This document shows positions 61,870-64,000 of a stretch of DNA of 64,000 bases, piece after piece (position 1 is the first letter of the stretch; each line of letters opens with the position of its first letter). The notes below the pieces were generated by a model that worked only from the letters and a program-made list of their open reading frames with translations, ran no database searches and was not told the DNA's origin. Both the position numbers and the translations under genes were made by a program. Location of the stretch: positions 192,001-256,000 of the forward strand of contig JAWLHJ010000005.1 in the NCBI GenBank assembly GCA_041690395.1. Reading direction: 5' to 3'. The stretch comes from Longimicrobiales bacterium (GTDB lineage: Bacteria; Gemmatimonadota; Gemmatimonadetes; Longimicrobiales; Gaopeijiaceae).

Positions 61870-64000
61870 TGGACCGGGGCGACAAGCAGGAGGCGGGCGG
61901 GGGCGAACGGGCGGCGCCCAGCCGCGAGGTCCGTCGCAGACGGCTTCGCCGCTTGCGTACCGTGCGACGATGGACCACGGGCGTCCTGCTCGTTCTCGGG
62001 GCCCTCGTCGCGATCGCCGGCATCGTGGTCCTGCAGACCGCGCCCGGGCAGCGAGCCGCGCTCGACTTCGCTCTGGAACAGATCGAAGGCTCGCTGGCGG
62101 GCGAGCTCCGCATCGGCGCCATCCGGAGCCGGACGCTCCTGGCCGGCGCGTCCCTCGACGACGTCGTCCTCACGGACGACACCGGCCGTCCGGTGCTCAC
62201 CGCGGACTCCGTCGTCGTCCGGTACCTGCCCACGGGGCTGGTGTCGGGCGCGCTACGCGTCAGGTCGGTCATTCTCTGGGGGATGGACTTCGAGATTTCG
62301 AGGCTGTCCGAGGACGGCGCTCTGAATCTCGGCCGGGTGCTGGCCCCGGGAGATCCCGCGCCGGACTCCGCCCGGACGCGCACCGAGCTCCTCTTCGGCC
62401 AGGTCGGTGTTCGCGACGGACGCGTCTCCGTGCTCTCTCCCGCGTCCGGCGGCCTGCCCATCGGCGCGGGCGGTGTGGTTCCTGGTCCGGAGGGTCCTTT
62501 GGCGCGCATCGGCCTAGACCAGCTGAACCTGGACCTCGAGGACGCCGTGCTCACCATCGACGGCGACGTCGCCTTCCGCTCCGACCTGGCGTCCCTGGCC
62601 ATGCGCCTCGGGCTGCCCGGCCGGACCGAGCCCATGGTCGTGAGGGAGGCGTTCGGTCGGCTCACCTTCGATCTGGACAGCGGCATCACCATTACGGAGG
62701 GCGCGTTCCGTCTGCCGCAGACGCTCGGGCGTGGAACCGTGGAGATCGGGCCGGAGGCCGGGGTCGAGGGATGGGCGCTCGACGCCGACTTCGAGGTGGA
62801 GGATTGGGGGAGCCTCGCGGATCTCCAATGGGCCGACCCCCGCATCCCCGAAGGCACGTTCCGGGGCGGCGTCCAGGTGTCCACCGCGGACGGGCTCGCC
62901 CTGGACCTCGAGCGGGTCGACGTCCGCCTCTCGGATACGAACCTCGCGCTGGACGGAGGGGTGGTCTTCGGCGACGTGCTGTCGACCCGCGCGCTCGACG
63001 TCGTGGCCAGCCCCCTCGTCCTGTCCCGGATCTCCCCTTGGCTACCGGAGCCCCTGCCCGTCGACGGGTGGCTGAGCGGCCGAGCGACCTTCACGGGCAC
63101 GCGCGAGGACCTCCGTGCCGACGGTCGCGTCACGTTCGTGCCCGTCGGTCACGGAGGCGCCCCGACCACGGCCGACTTCAGCGGGCGGATGCACCTCGGG
63201 AACGACCTGGGGTGGACGGATTTCGAGGCGCGGCTCGATCCGCTGAACTACTCGTTGGTCGACCTCTTCGCTCCGGACGTCACGTTCGACGGGAGGGGCT
63301 CGGCGGACGTCCAGCTCGACGGGCGGACGCGCCTGGGCGTTCGCGTGATCGCGGACCTCGTCCATCGCGACGGGACCTCCCCCGAGTCACGGGTGAACGC
63401 CCGCGGAACGTTCGGCCGCAGCGGTGACGGCTGGACCCTGGACCTCAGCGGAGACGTCACCCCGCTGTCCCTCGAGGTCGCCGGCGCCTTGAGCCCCGAT
63501 CTCGAGCTGCGCGGGGAGGTACGCGGTCCGGTGACCGCCCGCGGGCTCCTCACGGACCTGCGGCTGACGGCCGACCTCATGGGGCCGGGCGGCCGCCTGA
63601 ACCTGAGCGGCGGGCTCGACGTGACCGCCCCGGGCTCCGCGTACCAACTCGATTTCGAGGCGGTCGATCTCGCGCTGGCCGCCTACAGCGGGAGGCTTCC
63701 CGACCCGACGGTTTGGAACGGAACGCTCAGCGTCGACGGCTCGGGGCTGGTGCTGGATTCCTTGCGGGGCACAGCGAGCCTCCAACTCCGCGGTAGTCGG
63801 ATCGGGGCGCTCACGGTCGATACGGTCTCCGCGGCGCTCCGTGCGGAGGACGGGCTGCTCCACTGGGAGTCGATGGAGGGCTCCGTGGGCGGCGTCCACT
63901 TCGAGGGGTCCGGGCGATTGGGGCTGTCCGGGGAGGCCACCGGGAACGCCTCTCTCCTGTTCTATACCGAATCGCTCGTCGGACTGCGCCCGTTGCTCAT
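61869..64000 (+). CDS. TamB/AsmA-like protein (3' end outside window)
   Basis: TGATG coupling to the TamA-like gene; MDRGDKQ...RRWTTGVLLVLGALVAIAGIVVLQTAPGQ N-terminal anchor, then beta-rich sequence; absent from the ORF track, presumably because there is no stop in the window. Confidence 0.8.
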   Translation, partial: MDRGDKQEAGGGERAAPSREVRRRRLRRLRTVRRWTTGVLLVLGALVAIAGIVVLQTAPGQRAALDFALEQIEGSLAGELRIGAIRSRTLLAGASLDDVVLTDDTGRPVLTADSVVVRYLPTGLVSGALRVRSVILWGMDFEISRLSEDGALNLGRVLAPGDPAPDSARTRTELLFGQVGVRDGRVSVLSPASGGLPIGAGGVVPGPEGPLARIGLDQLNLDLEDAVLTIDGDVAFRSDLASLAMRLGLPGRTEPMVVREAFGRLTFDLDSGITITEGAFRLPQTLGRGTVEIGPEAGVEGWALDADFEVEDWGSLADLQWADPRIPEGTFRGGVQVSTADGLALDLERVDVRLSDTNLALDGGVVFGDVLSTRALDVVASPLVLSRISPWLPEPLPVDGWLSGRATFTGTREDLRADGRVTFVPVGHGGAPTTADFSGRMHLGNDLGWTDFEARLDPLNYSLVDLFAPDVTFDGRGSADVQLDGRTRLGVRVIADLVHRDGTSPESRVNARGTFGRSGDGWTLDLSGDVTPLSLEVAGALSPDLELRGEVRGPVTARGLLTDLRLTADLMGPGGRLNLSGGLDVTAPGSAYQLDFEAVDLALAAYSGRLPDPTVWNGTLSVDGSGLVLDSLRGTASLQLRGSRIGALTVDTVSAALRAEDGLLHWESMEGSVGGVHFEGSGRLGLSGEATGNASLLFYTESLVGLRPLL

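Noticed and set aside
61241..63427. 728-aa plus-strand ORF and overlapping minus-strand ORFs
   Set aside because: Shadow frames of the TamA-like and TamB-like genes; the real frame starts at ATG 61869

Overview
GC-rich bacterial chromosome segment. The gene content (PadR plus ADOP permease, many signal-peptide hydrolases, tgt-yajC-def-fmt-thiESG-rsmB-PASTA-...-tsaD-lgt-tamAB) suggests Gemmatimonadota or a similar lineage; this is inference only. About 52 genes. The left 40 kb is rich in secreted peptidases and amidases and also holds tdh-kbl, a two-component system, a three-gene type III PKS cluster, and yebC-ruvC-ruvA, with ruvB displaced about 10 kb by five other genes. The right part is a housekeeping gene run. 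No tRNA, rRNA, CRISPR array, transposase or integrase was recognised. Most notable: (1) a decayed tgt'/'queA chimeric junction, indicating that the queA-tgt boundary was duplicated, with different cargo in each copy; (2) a eukaryote-type DEGS1/DES1 sphingolipid desaturase homologue; (3) a translationally coupled pair of a catalytically dead and an intact M14 peptidase; (4) a 307-bp MITE-like element with 33-bp terminal inverted repeats, nested hairpins and an internal extended -10; (5) a riboswitch-like leader with an intrinsic terminator upstream of a SulP transporter; (6) a probable CTG start for rsmB. Products are assigned from recognised motifs, without database searches.
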